Below, piece by piece: positions 10,239-21,405 of a stretch of 64,000 bases of DNA; position 1 is the first letter of the stretch, and each line of letters begins with the position of its first letter. The DNA is taken from the IMG/VR virus record IMGVR_UViG_3300029908_000007, positions 98,309 through 162,308 of that record, one strand, 5' to 3'. The notes beneath the pieces were generated by a model, which was not told the origin of the DNA, did no database searches, and saw nothing but the letters and a program-made list of their open reading frames with translations. The position numbers and the translations under genes are program-made. The stretch is from a virus.

Positions 10239-12173
10239 TTAAGTTCCCGTCAAATCATTGGTTGGATATATTACCGTAGTGGGGTTTGGACCGTATACAT
10301 AAGCGATCTCTGAATTAGGAGTTCCCGCTTTTCCCAATCCGATGTCGTTTGGATATAGGATTACGAAATTTATTGCGATTCCGGCTGCCACCACTTGTTC
10401 GATCAGGCTTTGACAATAAACTCGTCCACCAACGATATCTGTGATAAATCCTTGATAGTCGCTACCATTAGTAGCTGGAACTACCGGTGATTTAGTGGGT
10501 ACTACGCGGATTTCCTGGCCAGCGGGATGATCATACTGCAAACTGTTAACCGGTGAAAGCAAAATGCTCGTACTAGAAGGAACTGCGATTATGTTTGCCA
10601 ATTCCTGTGTGGGACCGCCGTAGTCAAAAACTACATAACCGGTTCCGTTTGGAAAACCCGCACTGTCTTCGACAAGTACTACATCTCCTGTTGAAGCATT
10701 CACGTCTTGCGTTAAAATCGAATGCTCAGCTCCTACAGTGAAGGGTTGCGTGGTGTCGTAGCTGTATGGACCATATTGATTGGGCTCCAGCGAAATATTA
10801 CTAGCTTGCATTAGATCAGGCACAATACTCGCAGAGCCAGTATAGGTCAAAACCAAGGTATTGGATAAACTGTTGTTGTAAATCAATACCACATTGTTGC
10901 TATTTATGATGGCTTGCAAACCAGCATTTAAAGCATTGATGGCATCAACCATGTTGGTAACGGTTTCTAGAATGGTTCCACCAATAACAAAATCGACTCC
11001 GGCTGTAAAATTGAGCGACGTAGTGATTTGAAACGTATCGCCGGGATTGGGCTGAGCATTGAAAGTGTAGTTCCCACGCGGTGGATCATGAAGGAACATG
11101 GCTCCGATTCTGTTTCTAACTATGACTTGTGTAGTGGCTGGAATAAAGATTTGTAACACATTGGTTCTGGTCTGATAGAGTGCGGCGTAATAGCCTTTGG
11201 TCTGAATGGTTTGCTTTGCGGGATAAAAGAATAGAACAGCGGTGTCCGAACCCTGCGTTACGATCCCCGTGGAACCAATGGGATTGTAGACATCGAAATA
11301 TGAGCTGCCAACTAATCCACCCACGGTATCTATGATAGTAAAGGTGCCGATATTTGTGGAGCTAGTAAAACCTCCGCCGTAGATATTAACGTAATCGCCG
11401 GGTGAAAGCTTACCAAGATTTGGATTGGCTCCGCCCGACCATGTAAAACGAATTCTTCCATCACTCTGTACACTAAGCGTCCATTGAGTCGATGCGTTTC
11501 CACCGGCGCCCACGCTTTCGGGGAACAGTAGGACATTTTGTGCTCTGCCACCCATAACTGTAACTGATGACCGAGGACCTATAGTATTACTAACAAGTTC
11601 GACATAGTTTCCCAACCCATTATTTTTAACCGCAGCCAGACCTGATAATCCCTGACTGTTGAGGTAGGCAACTACGGCATCTGCGATTTCAACTGCTAAG
11701 GCAGCGTGAATGTTGGTAAAATTTGCTGCTAGAAAAGGAATGGTTACTGGAGTGGCGCCGTCAAAACTTACAATCAAGGTGTCGCCATCTGCTAAATTAT
11801 AAGGCTCTACCGCAGTTGCGGAATCCGTGGCTTTACAGAATTCGTCGCTAAAAATGATATCAAGCAAGTTGTTGATAAGATCCCTAACTTGTTTTCTGTT
11901 CTTGACTTCTAAACCGATGGCGCGAAAGGCGCCATCACTGATTCCGATTTGTGCTGGCCTTGTGATGCCATAACTTGAAAGCAAAAGGTCAATGTATTGT
12001 GCAGAAGCTGTGGTAATGAACAAATTCTGATTGACGGCGTAAACCGAATTCACTAAGTATGAAGTCGCTGTCGCCAAGGAATACAAAACGGCGTCAACAT
12101 TTTTCCCTTTGATAGTAGGATTGAGATAACCTCTTAGTCTTTTGTACTCGCTCTGCGTTGTCGCTATAGCCAT
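10239..12173 (-). CDS. Baseplate wedge subunit
   Basis: TASAQYIDLLLSSYGITRP...SDGAFR (P2 gpI/Mu gp48-like N-terminus); C-terminal VVAAGI. Confidence 0.7.
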   Translation of the reverse strand: MAIATTQSEYKRLRGYLNPTIKGKNVDAVLYSLATATSYLVNSVYAVNQNLFITTASAQYIDLLLSSYGITRPAQIGISDGAFRAIGLEVKNRKQVRDLINNLLDIIFSDEFCKATDSATAVEPYNLADGDTLIVSFDGATPVTIPFLAANFTNIHAALAVEIADAVVAYLNSQGLSGLAAVKNNGLGNYVELVSNTIGPRSSVTVMGGRAQNVLLFPESVGAGGNASTQWTLSVQSDGRIRFTWSGGANPNLGKLSPGDYVNIYGGGFTSSTNIGTFTIIDTVGGLVGSSYFDVYNPIGSTGIVTQGSDTAVLFFYPAKQTIQTKGYYAALYQTRTNVLQIFIPATTQVIVRNRIGAMFLHDPPRGNYTFNAQPNPGDTFQITTSLNFTAGVDFVIGGTILETVTNMVDAINALNAGLQAIINSNNVVLIYNNSLSNTLVLTYTGSASIVPDLMQASNISLEPNQYGPYSYDTTQPFTVGAEHSILTQDVNASTGDVVLVEDSAGFPNGTGYVVFDYGGPTQELANIIAVPSSTSILLSPVNSLQYDHPAGQEIRVVPTKSPVVPATNGSDYQGFITDIVGGRVYCQSLIEQVVAAGIAINFVILYPNDIGLGKAGTPNSEIAYVYGPNPTTVIYPTNDLTGT

Positions 12174-12174
12174 A

Positions 12175-15100
12175 TTAACTTCCGATCACCGAAACCGAAA
12201 CATTTGATGGATCTAGGATAAAGGTTTGTTCGGATTGCTGCACTGCGATCAGATCATCTGTAGGAGAATACAGAGGGCTCGAAATAACTACTGAAGTTAC
12301 ACCAGGTACGACCATACAAACCGCTACTATGGAGCCCAATGCTATGCTCTGTCCAACTTTATTGCTATTAACTAAAGCCGCTACATTACTCTGGATCTGC
12401 TGACTCACCGCACTAAATGGAGCACCTGTTTGTAATCTGACTCCAATTGCCAAACTAACTACCAATGCCAAAGGCTCTCTAATAAAAATATCAGCGCCCG
12501 CCGCAGAAATTCCAGGATATTCACTCGAATCCGTAGGATCACCGTAGATCACACGATTTGCTTGTTGAATCAGTCCAGTATTATACTTGTAGCCATCTAG
12601 TCCTTGAGAAACCGATGTTCCAAAGTTAAGTTTGTTTAAAGCCGTAACTTCTACACCAGCGCTTTGATTGATCTTCTCATATTGTAAATACGTATCAAAT
12701 AAGATCTGATTCAAGTTAGTGGTACCGGGTTGTAATGCTACCAAATAGACATGCTTGTATCCTGTATATGCGGTTCCTTCTTCGATGTAGAAAGACGACA
12801 GCAATCCGTTTAGATTGATGCTATTGATTGTGTACGAGGAAAATGTAATCGTGGTATCGCCGGTGCCCGAGATCTTAGTAAGAGTTCCAGATGACAACGG
12901 ATTGCTTGTGCCGGTAGCGAGTAATGTAGTTCCGCCAGAAATAGTCGATCCCACAGTAAAAACTCCACCATTGTTGGAGTACGTGGCTCCAACGGTAGCG
13001 TTGGCCGAACTTACCGAGAACACATAGGTAGTAGTCAATACTCCGGTTACTACTATTTCCGTGGGACTAGGAACTGAATAAACAGGATAGGTACCAGCAT
13101 TTGTGGTTCCAAACGCATTGCTGGAAATCACCAAATCATCACCGGGGATCGTGGCTTCGTATTCGTAAAACTTCAAACTACTGCCAGTCAATACTTGTTC
13201 TTCTTCTACGTAGTCGGTGTTCTTAATCCAAAAACTATCGTTGAATGTTCTAATAACCCTATAGGTTCCCTGATTTGGGGCACTAAATGGTGCTCCAACG
13301 ATCACAGAATCGCCCTCCATGACACCGGTTGTAGCGGTGAAAGTACCCGTAGTATACGTATCGCTGGCTTCAACAGCGGCATTAGGGTTGGTTACTTGCA
13401 ATACACTAGAACTTACACCAGAAACTACGAAAGTACCATTATTCGCACTATTCGTTAGACCCGATACAGTTACCAAATCTCCAATACTTAATCCACTAAA
13501 AGTTGCTGCACCGCTTGTAATAGTATATTGACCTATTCCCGTACTTGGAACCGCAACACTTAGATTTCCGCCACCGGATTCGTTAAAATTCACTGAGAAC
13601 GTCAGATACTGTGGACTTCCCGTGCTGCCGACATAACTAAAACAAACCAAATCACCCTGCGCTTCGACTCTGAAAGTTAGTCCACTCAATCCACTTATAA
13701 TTCTAGGTGCGCCGAAGAAACGCTCACTTAAGGTTTGACCAGTTAAACTCACCGTACTCAAACCTGCAGAAGGCTGATTTGGGGTAATGGTAACATCGGT
13801 GCCGGGTCCAAACTGTGTTTGTTTCTGTTGTGTGTTAGCTGCTTGTAGGTAAAACCATTGTCCGCTGATTACATTAGCAGATGCTATAGAAGACGCAGAA
13901 ATCGCGCAATACGTGTTGTCAATGTCTAGTCCGGAATTTATGACTGGGAATGAATAACCGTTTGCCGCACCTCCTACGATTTCAACGTAACCCTGACTTC
14001 CATAGGTTTCCGACGACACTTCGAGTTGCGAATCTCTATTTGCGGTATTAATCAAACTAGCCGTACTGATGCCACTTACTGCCAACGTGTTTATGAATAG
14101 GTTGACTTGATCAATGGTGGTTGGAACGAAAAGCAGGGTTTCTCCGTTATTAAAAGCGTAACCTACATCGGTTGGGAGTGCTAAGGCGTTCTTCAATACA
14201 AATTGTGGAGAGCCCGATACATTACTAGAGAGCAACCAGTTGATGCCATCCAGAAGTTGGGTGCTGGCATTGGCAGTAATAATCCCTGTTCCAGGAGTGC
14301 CGCCGCTGCCATCATTTACAACGGTAGCGGATACGTAGGCGGATAGATTGGCGTTGACGTAAGCCGCAACCGCAGTTGCCGTTGTCGCAGGAGGAACGGT
14401 GATGGCGACATTAATCGTATTAGTAATAGTAACACTATTATTAAGCGCAGGTGCGCTAGGCGAATATACATAGCTAACCACGATTTCCTGACCCGTGGCA
14501 CCCCACGCCGTAGCTCTATAAAGAATCGAGCTTTGCGGCGTCGTGCTGCTCAAAGTCTTTTTGGCTTGCATCAGTACTTTATAGTTGTTGAAAGCAAAAT
14601 TAGCACCGAAAGAAGTTACAAAACTTCCGGTAGGTGCGAGATCGGTGTCGTAGGCGTTAAAGTTATTAGAGTTGGGACTATAGCTGGTATTGGTAAGCGC
14701 GTGACGATAAAGCGGAATCTGGAAGGTATTGTTTACGGGATTATTGTCAATAATAGCAACTAAACTATCTTTGTTACCAAAAGAAAGCGGGGCCGACGTG
14801 AAGAATCTATCATTGGTTCTGATACGTCTAACATCGGGATCTTTGGTGATTCCAACCGTGGTACCAGAAACCGTGGTTTCCTGCACGACTTCATTGACGG
14901 GTTGCTCGTCGTCGATACCGCCATAAGGATTTAAGAAGGTAATGATCTCATCGTCATCCCTACCAGCGAGAGTGATGTCGGAAACAAAAGAAGTAAGAAA
15001 AGTATCTGGTGGCTCCGCATAGGTGTCGCTGGCTACTTTGCTGTGAAAGAACGAAGGCAAGTAATTGCTAACGGTATCCTGATAGGCTATGATGGGATAG

Positions 15101-17655
15101 CTGCTTTCGCTACTTTGTCCCGCAGAAAAGTTGAGATCTTGTCCGATTGCGTCAAAAGTTACAACGGTAACGTATCCATTAGTATTGAGTGTCTTTGAGG
15201 TAATGGTGAGGTATTCTTCAACGATTACGCCAAAAATGAGAGAATCCGTCTGTGCTTGTAGAAATAATACCAAAGCATCCAGTGTTTGTAAACCCGTAGG
15301 TGTATTAAACTTCTGAGGTGCGTCTTTCATGTTAGCCACTACGAAGCCAGCTTTGTAGATGACATTGGCTTGTGGAACCACTGCGGCGGCTTCTGCAGAA
15401 GTAACTAAGATATTGAGCGTATCGTTGGTAAGCGTGGTCGTAGTTATGGAATGAACTCTGCCTTCTAATCTATTGGCGGCATTAAGTTCTGCGGACCAAA
15501 TAATGACGTAATCGCCGGGTACGACATCGGAGAATGCGAACAACGTATTTGATTTGTAACTCACCAAACTGCCGCTAACCGAAACCGTCAAAAACGAACC
15601 AGCTGTGACCCCGGTATGTATAGTGGTTGCGGGTTCGTCGATGGCGATCCAAATATAACCTTCGGATGGAAATGTAATAGATGCGCCGCTGATGACGGCA
15701 CTTGTTATGACCGCTCTTGTGCTTTCAATACCGGCTTCCAAATCTTCGCCTTCAACAAGCGGTGTTGCGAGTTCAAATTGGGCGGTATTTCTATCCAATG
15801 TATAACCAGCTGCAGCGCCTTGGGAAGTCAGACCTTCGCTTACGCTAAACATGCTCTTGGTAACCAAGGTTGAGCTTGGATTGATTACGATCTGCGCTCT
15901 AGGATTTGCTCCTAAATTGCTGGTAAGTTCGAGTTGAGAACCAGAAACCGTCGCAGTGATACCCGTTACTTTATTGTTAATTACAAGTGCCCAGGAAGCC
16001 AAAGAGTTGGTTGCATTTACGGTGTTGTAAAGCCCGGTTGCGATAAAATCTGCGTTTAAGAATGTATATGTGTTTTGAGCGGTACCGTCGACGCCTATGA
16101 TTAAAGTGTCGCCGTTGCTAATACTACTAGACCAACTACCTTGTTGTTCTGAAAATACTGAAGCCGTATTACCGTCTTCGAGGAGGAGTACTCCGTCTCT
16201 GTAAAGTCTGAGCGTTTCGTTTAGAGTAGTAGGGAAACCCATGTATAGATTGGCGTTGACAAGATTAGGCGAAGAAGGAACTGTGACTTGGATGCTTTCG
16301 TTGGCTTCTTTGATGGCTCTGATAACAACGTAGGTGCCGCCACCAGCGGTCGTGGCTTCGAAATTAACCAGGGTATCGGCGTTGATGCTAGCGCAGATTT
16401 CATAAGCGGTAGCGGCGCCTGGAGCTTGAAAATCCGAGGTCTGGAAAGCATGTTGAGTTGTAACTCCGCCTACGGTAACCGCTAATACGTAACCACCGTA
16501 AATAGCGAAGGGGCTGGCGTCTGTGGACTGCAAGAAGGCTTTTGCTACTGGAGCCTGGGTTCCACCGGTTGCGAGTTGAAAGAATTGTTCGCCGCCGATT
16601 GCGGAATCAATAATATGTTCGATCGCTACTCCGGCTGTCTTTGCCTCATACGGACGTCCTCCACCGGTTGAGATATAAACCGTGGAACTGCCGTCGAGAT
16701 TGTTAACCAAGGAGTCCGAAGTAATTGTGCCGGCTTCCGTAGTAGAACTTACACCAATCAAGGAGTTCTTGATAGCTGTCGGAGTGCCCAATCCTATTGA
16801 ACTAAAGAAATTTTGAATCGCGGTACGGATTTCGTCGTCGGTCTCGGGATCGGTTCCACCGCTGGTGGGGACAGGATTTGAAACCGTGGCTCCAGAAAAG
16901 GGTGGGCTTGCGAATTGACTAATAGCGGCTGCGGGAACATCTCCTGCGGAACCCGGAAGCTGAGCGGTTACAGGAATATTGGAAACTGAGGTAGCACCGT
17001 CTAGAATGATGCCTTGTTGGGTAACAGTGTATTGTTGAGCTGCTACCAATCCATTAGAAGGTGCGGTTACGATAGTATTGATTGGAACCGTGCGAACCCC
17101 GCCTTGACTAAGAATAATGCTTTCATTCAGGTTGTGGAATTTGGTGGTGGGGCTTGTGAGATTGAACTGAAAGTAATTCCCAACAGCTACAATAGAAGAA
17201 TAACCAATCGGCCCCTCGCTATTGTTCGTCCCACGACCGAGATAAACGGATCCCGAAGATGGAAAACCGGTGTTAGAACTAGCGTAAATAATTACGGAAC
17301 CCGCATTTGTAGCAGCAGCCCCAGGATACACGCTGGTTGAAACCATGGTAAAACTGGTATCAGTAACTGTTACATAACCCGTGGAAACCTGTGATGGCGT
17401 TAATTCGATATTAAATTCAGCAGCCATGGCCTGCAAACTGCTCCCAGTAGCATATTGTAGGGAACTGTTAAGAATGGTTTGGAAAACATCACCAGAAGCG
17501 CGGGAAACCGCCAAAGCCATGGTTTGAAAGAGGCTCAGACTAGCAGAACCTACGGACACGCTGGGGATCCCAGTAGCCGCTGCAAACTGATTAAGCATCG
17601 CCCCGAGGGTTTCTTGATATGACTGGGGTTGTGGAAGATTAGGTGTAGTCGCCAT
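12175..17655 (-). CDS. Baseplate J-like wedge protein with very large insertions
   Basis: 1826 aa; ATGSSLQAMAAEFNI and GGTDPETDDEIR motifs; J-like C-terminus (VGQSIALGSIV...VPGV). Confidence 0.8.
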   Translation of the reverse strand: MATTPNLPQPQSYQETLGAMLNQFAAATGIPSVSVGSASLSLFQTMALAVSRASGDVFQTILNSSLQYATGSSLQAMAAEFNIELTPSQVSTGYVTVTDTSFTMVSTSVYPGAAATNAGSVIIYASSNTGFPSSGSVYLGRGTNNSEGPIGYSSIVAVGNYFQFNLTSPTTKFHNLNESIILSQGGVRTVPINTIVTAPSNGLVAAQQYTVTQQGIILDGATSVSNIPVTAQLPGSAGDVPAAAISQFASPPFSGATVSNPVPTSGGTDPETDDEIRTAIQNFFSSIGLGTPTAIKNSLIGVSSTTEAGTITSDSLVNNLDGSSTVYISTGGGRPYEAKTAGVAIEHIIDSAIGGEQFFQLATGGTQAPVAKAFLQSTDASPFAIYGGYVLAVTVGGVTTQHAFQTSDFQAPGAATAYEICASINADTLVNFEATTAGGGTYVVIRAIKEANESIQVTVPSSPNLVNANLYMGFPTTLNETLRLYRDGVLLLEDGNTASVFSEQQGSWSSSISNGDTLIIGVDGTAQNTYTFLNADFIATGLYNTVNATNSLASWALVINNKVTGITATVSGSQLELTSNLGANPRAQIVINPSSTLVTKSMFSVSEGLTSQGAAAGYTLDRNTAQFELATPLVEGEDLEAGIESTRAVITSAVISGASITFPSEGYIWIAIDEPATTIHTGVTAGSFLTVSVSGSLVSYKSNTLFAFSDVVPGDYVIIWSAELNAANRLEGRVHSITTTTLTNDTLNILVTSAEAAAVVPQANVIYKAGFVVANMKDAPQKFNTPTGLQTLDALVLFLQAQTDSLIFGVIVEEYLTITSKTLNTNGYVTVVTFDAIGQDLNFSAGQSSESSYPIIAYQDTVSNYLPSFFHSKVASDTYAEPPDTFLTSFVSDITLAGRDDDEIITFLNPYGGIDDEQPVNEVVQETTVSGTTVGITKDPDVRRIRTNDRFFTSAPLSFGNKDSLVAIIDNNPVNNTFQIPLYRHALTNTSYSPNSNNFNAYDTDLAPTGSFVTSFGANFAFNNYKVLMQAKKTLSSTTPQSSILYRATAWGATGQEIVVSYVYSPSAPALNNSVTITNTINVAITVPPATTATAVAAYVNANLSAYVSATVVNDGSGGTPGTGIITANASTQLLDGINWLLSSNVSGSPQFVLKNALALPTDVGYAFNNGETLLFVPTTIDQVNLFINTLAVSGISTASLINTANRDSQLEVSSETYGSQGYVEIVGGAANGYSFPVINSGLDIDNTYCAISASSIASANVISGQWFYLQAANTQQKQTQFGPGTDVTITPNQPSAGLSTVSLTGQTLSERFFGAPRIISGLSGLTFRVEAQGDLVCFSYVGSTGSPQYLTFSVNFNESGGGNLSVAVPSTGIGQYTITSGAATFSGLSIGDLVTVSGLTNSANNGTFVVSGVSSSVLQVTNPNAAVEASDTYTTGTFTATTGVMEGDSVIVGAPFSAPNQGTYRVIRTFNDSFWIKNTDYVEEEQVLTGSSLKFYEYEATIPGDDLVISSNAFGTTNAGTYPVYSVPSPTEIVVTGVLTTTYVFSVSSANATVGATYSNNGGVFTVGSTISGGTTLLATGTSNPLSSGTLTKISGTGDTTITFSSYTINSINLNGLLSSFYIEEGTAYTGYKHVYLVALQPGTTNLNQILFDTYLQYEKINQSAGVEVTALNKLNFGTSVSQGLDGYKYNTGLIQQANRVIYGDPTDSSEYPGISAAGADIFIREPLALVVSLAIGVRLQTGAPFSAVSQQIQSNVAALVNSNKVGQSIALGSIVAVCMVVPGVTSVVISSPLYSPTDDLIAVQQSEQTFILDPSNVSVSVIGS

Positions 17656-17656
17656 T

Positions 17657-18664
17657 TTATAGAATTCCCATTTCTTTTAGCTTTTTCTGATTCCAAAGTT
17701 CTGAATTGGGATACTCTGACTTAAGCCAATCCCATTTGATCTGGGCATCGGGTCTCATCCAACCCTTAATTTCTACCCAAACGTTTAAATCGGACAAATA
17801 CAGATCTGGTCGATAGGTCTTGCCATCGGGCATTTTAAAAGTCTTGGGTTGCCAGTCGAAGTTGATCTGGTTAGCATTGAGATAGTCTACGGTTTTAGCT
17901 TCATATGAGCCTACGCAAACTAGCTCTTCATTGGTTTTCCAATGGAATTTGATGGAGGCTCTATTAGCGGACCTAGCAATTTTAAGCGCTATTCCTGGAT
18001 CTTGAATGGCGTACTCGAAACCATATCTAAGTAATGAAGTCTGTCTGACTTTTTCCCTTACTTCCGGAGATTTGCTGGGATGGTCAACCCCACGATTCTT
18101 AAGATTCGTTTTCTTTTTCTTCTCTTTTACGGAATCTGCCTGAGAAAGATTTTTTACTCCGTATTTTTCTTCTATTGTTTTATTACGTTTAGTCTTAGCT
18201 TCGGCATTCTGAGAAGCGTGTTCTACTCCATATTTTTTTAAACTAATTCTTTTCTTCTTTTCTTCTTTATCACCGGGATGAGAATCACCTCTCACATAAA
18301 CATGGTTCGGATAGGCAAAAAATTCTCCAATTCCCTTTTGAAAAAATCTACAGACTGTATGAGTATCCACGTAAGTACTTTCATCTACGGTCACTAAATT
18401 CCCATGAATGCGAACGAGTCTTTCTTTAAATTCTTCTAATGTAAGAGACTGTTCTTTCGCTCTTCTTTTGATTCCTACATCGGGATGGGTTTTTCCCTGA
18501 AACACAAAGGTGGGTTTAACCCACCATTCTCTGTCGTAGTCCTTGTGAATAAATTTTGCCTTTATTTGACTTCCGCGATAGGTCTCCACACAAAGGGTAA
18601 GAGAATCCCCATGTAATTTTTTAATCTTATCTAACACCTCTTTTAATGTCATCTTCTTTGGCAT
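17657..18664 (-). mobile_element. Free-standing homing-endonuclease-like gene (DNA-binding repeats plus PD-(D/E)xK domain)
   Basis: YRPDLYL...WVEIKGW; repeated KYGVEH/KYGVKN units; AT-rich; own promoter TTAACA-17-TATAAA; sits between two baseplate genes. Confidence 0.75.
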
Positions 18665-18706
18665 ATATCCTTTTATATCACATCTTTAAAAATTTGTTAA
18701 GTAGAT

Positions 18707-21352
18707 TCATGAAGCTAGCTCAAAACTTAATGGTAAGGTGCCGCTATTCCCTGGTAACGCTACTGCCAAGTTTATTGACAACTTTGGTGGCGCCGCTGTA
18801 ATTTGAAGACTTGTTACACTTGCAAATCGTGGATCTTGAGTAACTTGTTGATTTATTTGCTGATAAAGCTGTTGAATATTCAAGTCTGCAATACTTGTAC
18901 CAGGACTCACACCGCACCCGTAGTTGGGGTCCAATAGTGAGGTATTCAGAACAGTTGAAAACAGTATCCATAAGGCCTGGATAAGATTTGTTAATCCAAA
19001 CGCGATCATACAATTTCCGTATTGGTCGAAGGCTAAATCGGAACCATTCAGCAAAATATCCACTCCCGACAATCCGGTCAACGGATCGTTCTGCGCGAGA
19101 CCGGGAGGAATGATGTTTGCCTGTCCTGGGTAAGTCGGGGCTGGTAGATCGGAAGGAATAAATATCTTCTGTTGCGAATTTACCGTATTCGGTAAATATG
19201 CCTGTACGGTAGCATTATCGCTTGTAATAAAATTACCAAGATTTGGTTCGCCATTTAAGGTCAAAAGATAGCTATTGGCATTAGGCAAGGTCGTGATATT
19301 TGTAATCTGTCTTGAGACAGGTATTTGTGTAAGACTTACTAAAGTGACGGTTTGCCCAATGAACAAATTTTGATTGCTAGAAACTACTACCTGTCTTCCA
19401 ATAGCGTTACTTAGCAATGGTAATAAAAAGGGAGTGTTTGAAATGTATGGCTCTTCCAAATTATTCAAAGTTGCGATTTCAATCCACCTATTTGGATCTC
19501 CGAGGTATCGTGCGGCGATTTGTTCGATGCTTGCGTTAAAAGGAACCGGTACGTAGACCTTGCTGTTGGGGATGTTAAACGGAATGCCCGATGCATTGGC
19601 TAGGCCCGCAACATAATTCATAGAGCTGACGACGTTGAGATCGGTTACCTGCGTGGAAGCCGTGAGATAGTTGATACCACTTACGAATTCGTATAGTGTC
19701 TCCAAAATATCGAACTCCGGAATTTGCATCGGTTGAATTCTAGAAGGAGGAGGTGTGAGATTAAACAAAGTGTTGTAAGTCGTATCTCCGGCGCCGAAAT
19801 AATCTGCTAATTGAATGGCGAGATTTAAAATCATACTCTGGTTTTTTTTGAGCTGGGCTACGGTCAGCGTGGTATTTGACAATATACTGTTTAGCTTCGC
19901 CTGTTGTGCGGAATTCAGACTTAACTGATTAGTGGGTACCTGATCTAAGAGATCGACATTTGCGTTGGGATTATTAAGAACCGCTGCGGCATTACTGGTC
20001 TGTTGTGCGTTTTGTGCGGCCACGCCTAATTGACCACCGGATACCGAAGTCTGGGTTAGCCCGTTATTCTTATTGTTGTTGGCGACCAATGCTGCGATTG
20101 CCGCCGCACCTGCTGCGGTTGTGACCGCTGCCGCTATTGCCGCAGAATTTATAGAAGCGTACTGCGCTATTGCGGAATTAAAATCCTGTGCTATGGCTTG
20201 TGGCATATCGGAAGCCGTGGTTCCAACGCCAAGCAGATCTTTTACAAATAACGCGGTTTGACTGAGCACGCTGAACACGCCGTTAACGTCTGAGGTCACC
20301 GCACCAATCAATGCAATAGCCGAACTGCAGGTAAGCCGGGCTTCGGTGATGCTGTTTAGAATCTTCTGTAAGATACCCGGCGTGATGGTATATGCTTGTG
20401 CTTGATTTACAGGTTGAGGAATTTCGCTGAGATCGATACGGCGCCAACCCTTGAACTGGAGTTGGTACATTATTTCCATCGGCTTGTTTACGCTTTGCTG
20501 CCAGGTAAACGCCAGCGGGGTTACAACGTAGGATTGGTTTTGTTTGGGTATGTCAAACACCAATCGCCAGCCCGCGTTTTTGGGGTTCTTCTTGGCTTCA
20601 GCGTATTGTTCCAAAAATTGTTGCAAATAAAGAGCTTGATAATAGCCCGTAGTCTCTCCACCGGCTCCGCCTGGATCCGTGGGACCGATTGTGACGGGTT
20701 TGCTATTCGGGCTATTCGTGGTGAATGTTTTAACCGTAGCAGCTGCTTGGTTGATAAGGCTAGTCGCCGCCGATAGGGTTCCACCGAATACGGATTGAAT
20801 TGTGGAAGGGCTCTGAGGTGGTTTGGTCACACTTCCTCGTTGAGGCCAAACGCCCATGGTGCCAGACGCGCTGATCATTTTAAACTTAACACCGTTGTGC
20901 TCTTCCAAAACACCTCTTAAAGTAGCCGAGGTATTGATAGCGTATTGGTCGACAATGCTAAGTTGTTGTGGAGTAATAGGTAGATTTAAAAGCCAACTAT
21001 TGTTTACGGGTGTGAAAATCAGTGTAGAAGAGCCCTGTTGTTGACCTGCTACAAGCTGAACAGAGAATTGGGAGGTCGCCGTCCCTACGATTGTGTTATT
21101 CTTTGAGGTGTCAACTACAAGTAATCTATAGGGAAAAAGCTGATTCCAGCGTTCGGCTTGAATCGTTATAGGAGCATAAAATGGACTAACAGATGGGGTC
21201 TGACCATTGGCATTCCACGGTAGAAGGCCTGGAGTTGCGGCATTGGCGGCGGTACCAGAAGATAGGCCAAAAGCTGCTAGAGCGGAGTTGCTCAGACTAC
21301 TAATAGCGTCGCCTACGCCTAAATTGCCGGTGCCGTTGTCAAAAACTCCCAT
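18707..21352 (-). CDS. Baseplate protein (LysM-like plus C-terminal gp25-like domain)
   Basis: SIEQIAARYLGDPNRWIEIATLN (LysM-like); NLIQAL...DPNYG...QDPRF (gp25-like). Confidence 0.75.
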   Translation of the reverse strand: MGVFDNGTGNLGVGDAISSLSNSALAAFGLSSGTAANAATPGLLPWNANGQTPSVSPFYAPITIQAERWNQLFPYRLLVVDTSKNNTIVGTATSQFSVQLVAGQQQGSSTLIFTPVNNSWLLNLPITPQQLSIVDQYAINTSATLRGVLEEHNGVKFKMISASGTMGVWPQRGSVTKPPQSPSTIQSVFGGTLSAATSLINQAAATVKTFTTNSPNSKPVTIGPTDPGGAGGETTGYYQALYLQQFLEQYAEAKKNPKNAGWRLVFDIPKQNQSYVVTPLAFTWQQSVNKPMEIMYQLQFKGWRRIDLSEIPQPVNQAQAYTITPGILQKILNSITEARLTCSSAIALIGAVTSDVNGVFSVLSQTALFVKDLLGVGTTASDMPQAIAQDFNSAIAQYASINSAAIAAAVTTAAGAAAIAALVANNNKNNGLTQTSVSGGQLGVAAQNAQQTSNAAAVLNNPNANVDLLDQVPTNQLSLNSAQQAKLNSILSNTTLTVAQLKKNQSMILNLAIQLADYFGAGDTTYNTLFNLTPPPSRIQPMQIPEFDILETLYEFVSGINYLTASTQVTDLNVVSSMNYVAGLANASGIPFNIPNSKVYVPVPFNASIEQIAARYLGDPNRWIEIATLNNLEEPYISNTPFLLPLLSNAIGRQVVVSSNQNLFIGQTVTLVSLTQIPVSRQITNITTLPNANSYLLTLNGEPNLGNFITSDNATVQAYLPNTVNSQQKIFIPSDLPAPTYPGQANIIPPGLAQNDPLTGLSGVDILLNGSDLAFDQYGNCMIAFGLTNLIQALWILFSTVLNTSLLDPNYGCGVSPGTSIADLNIQQLYQQINQQVTQDPRFASVTSLQITAAPPKLSINLAVALPGNSGTLPLSFELAS

Positions 21353-21405
21353 TTAACCCTCAATGTAAAGATTGCGATTTTCGGTCTTATGATATACTAT
21401 ATCAT

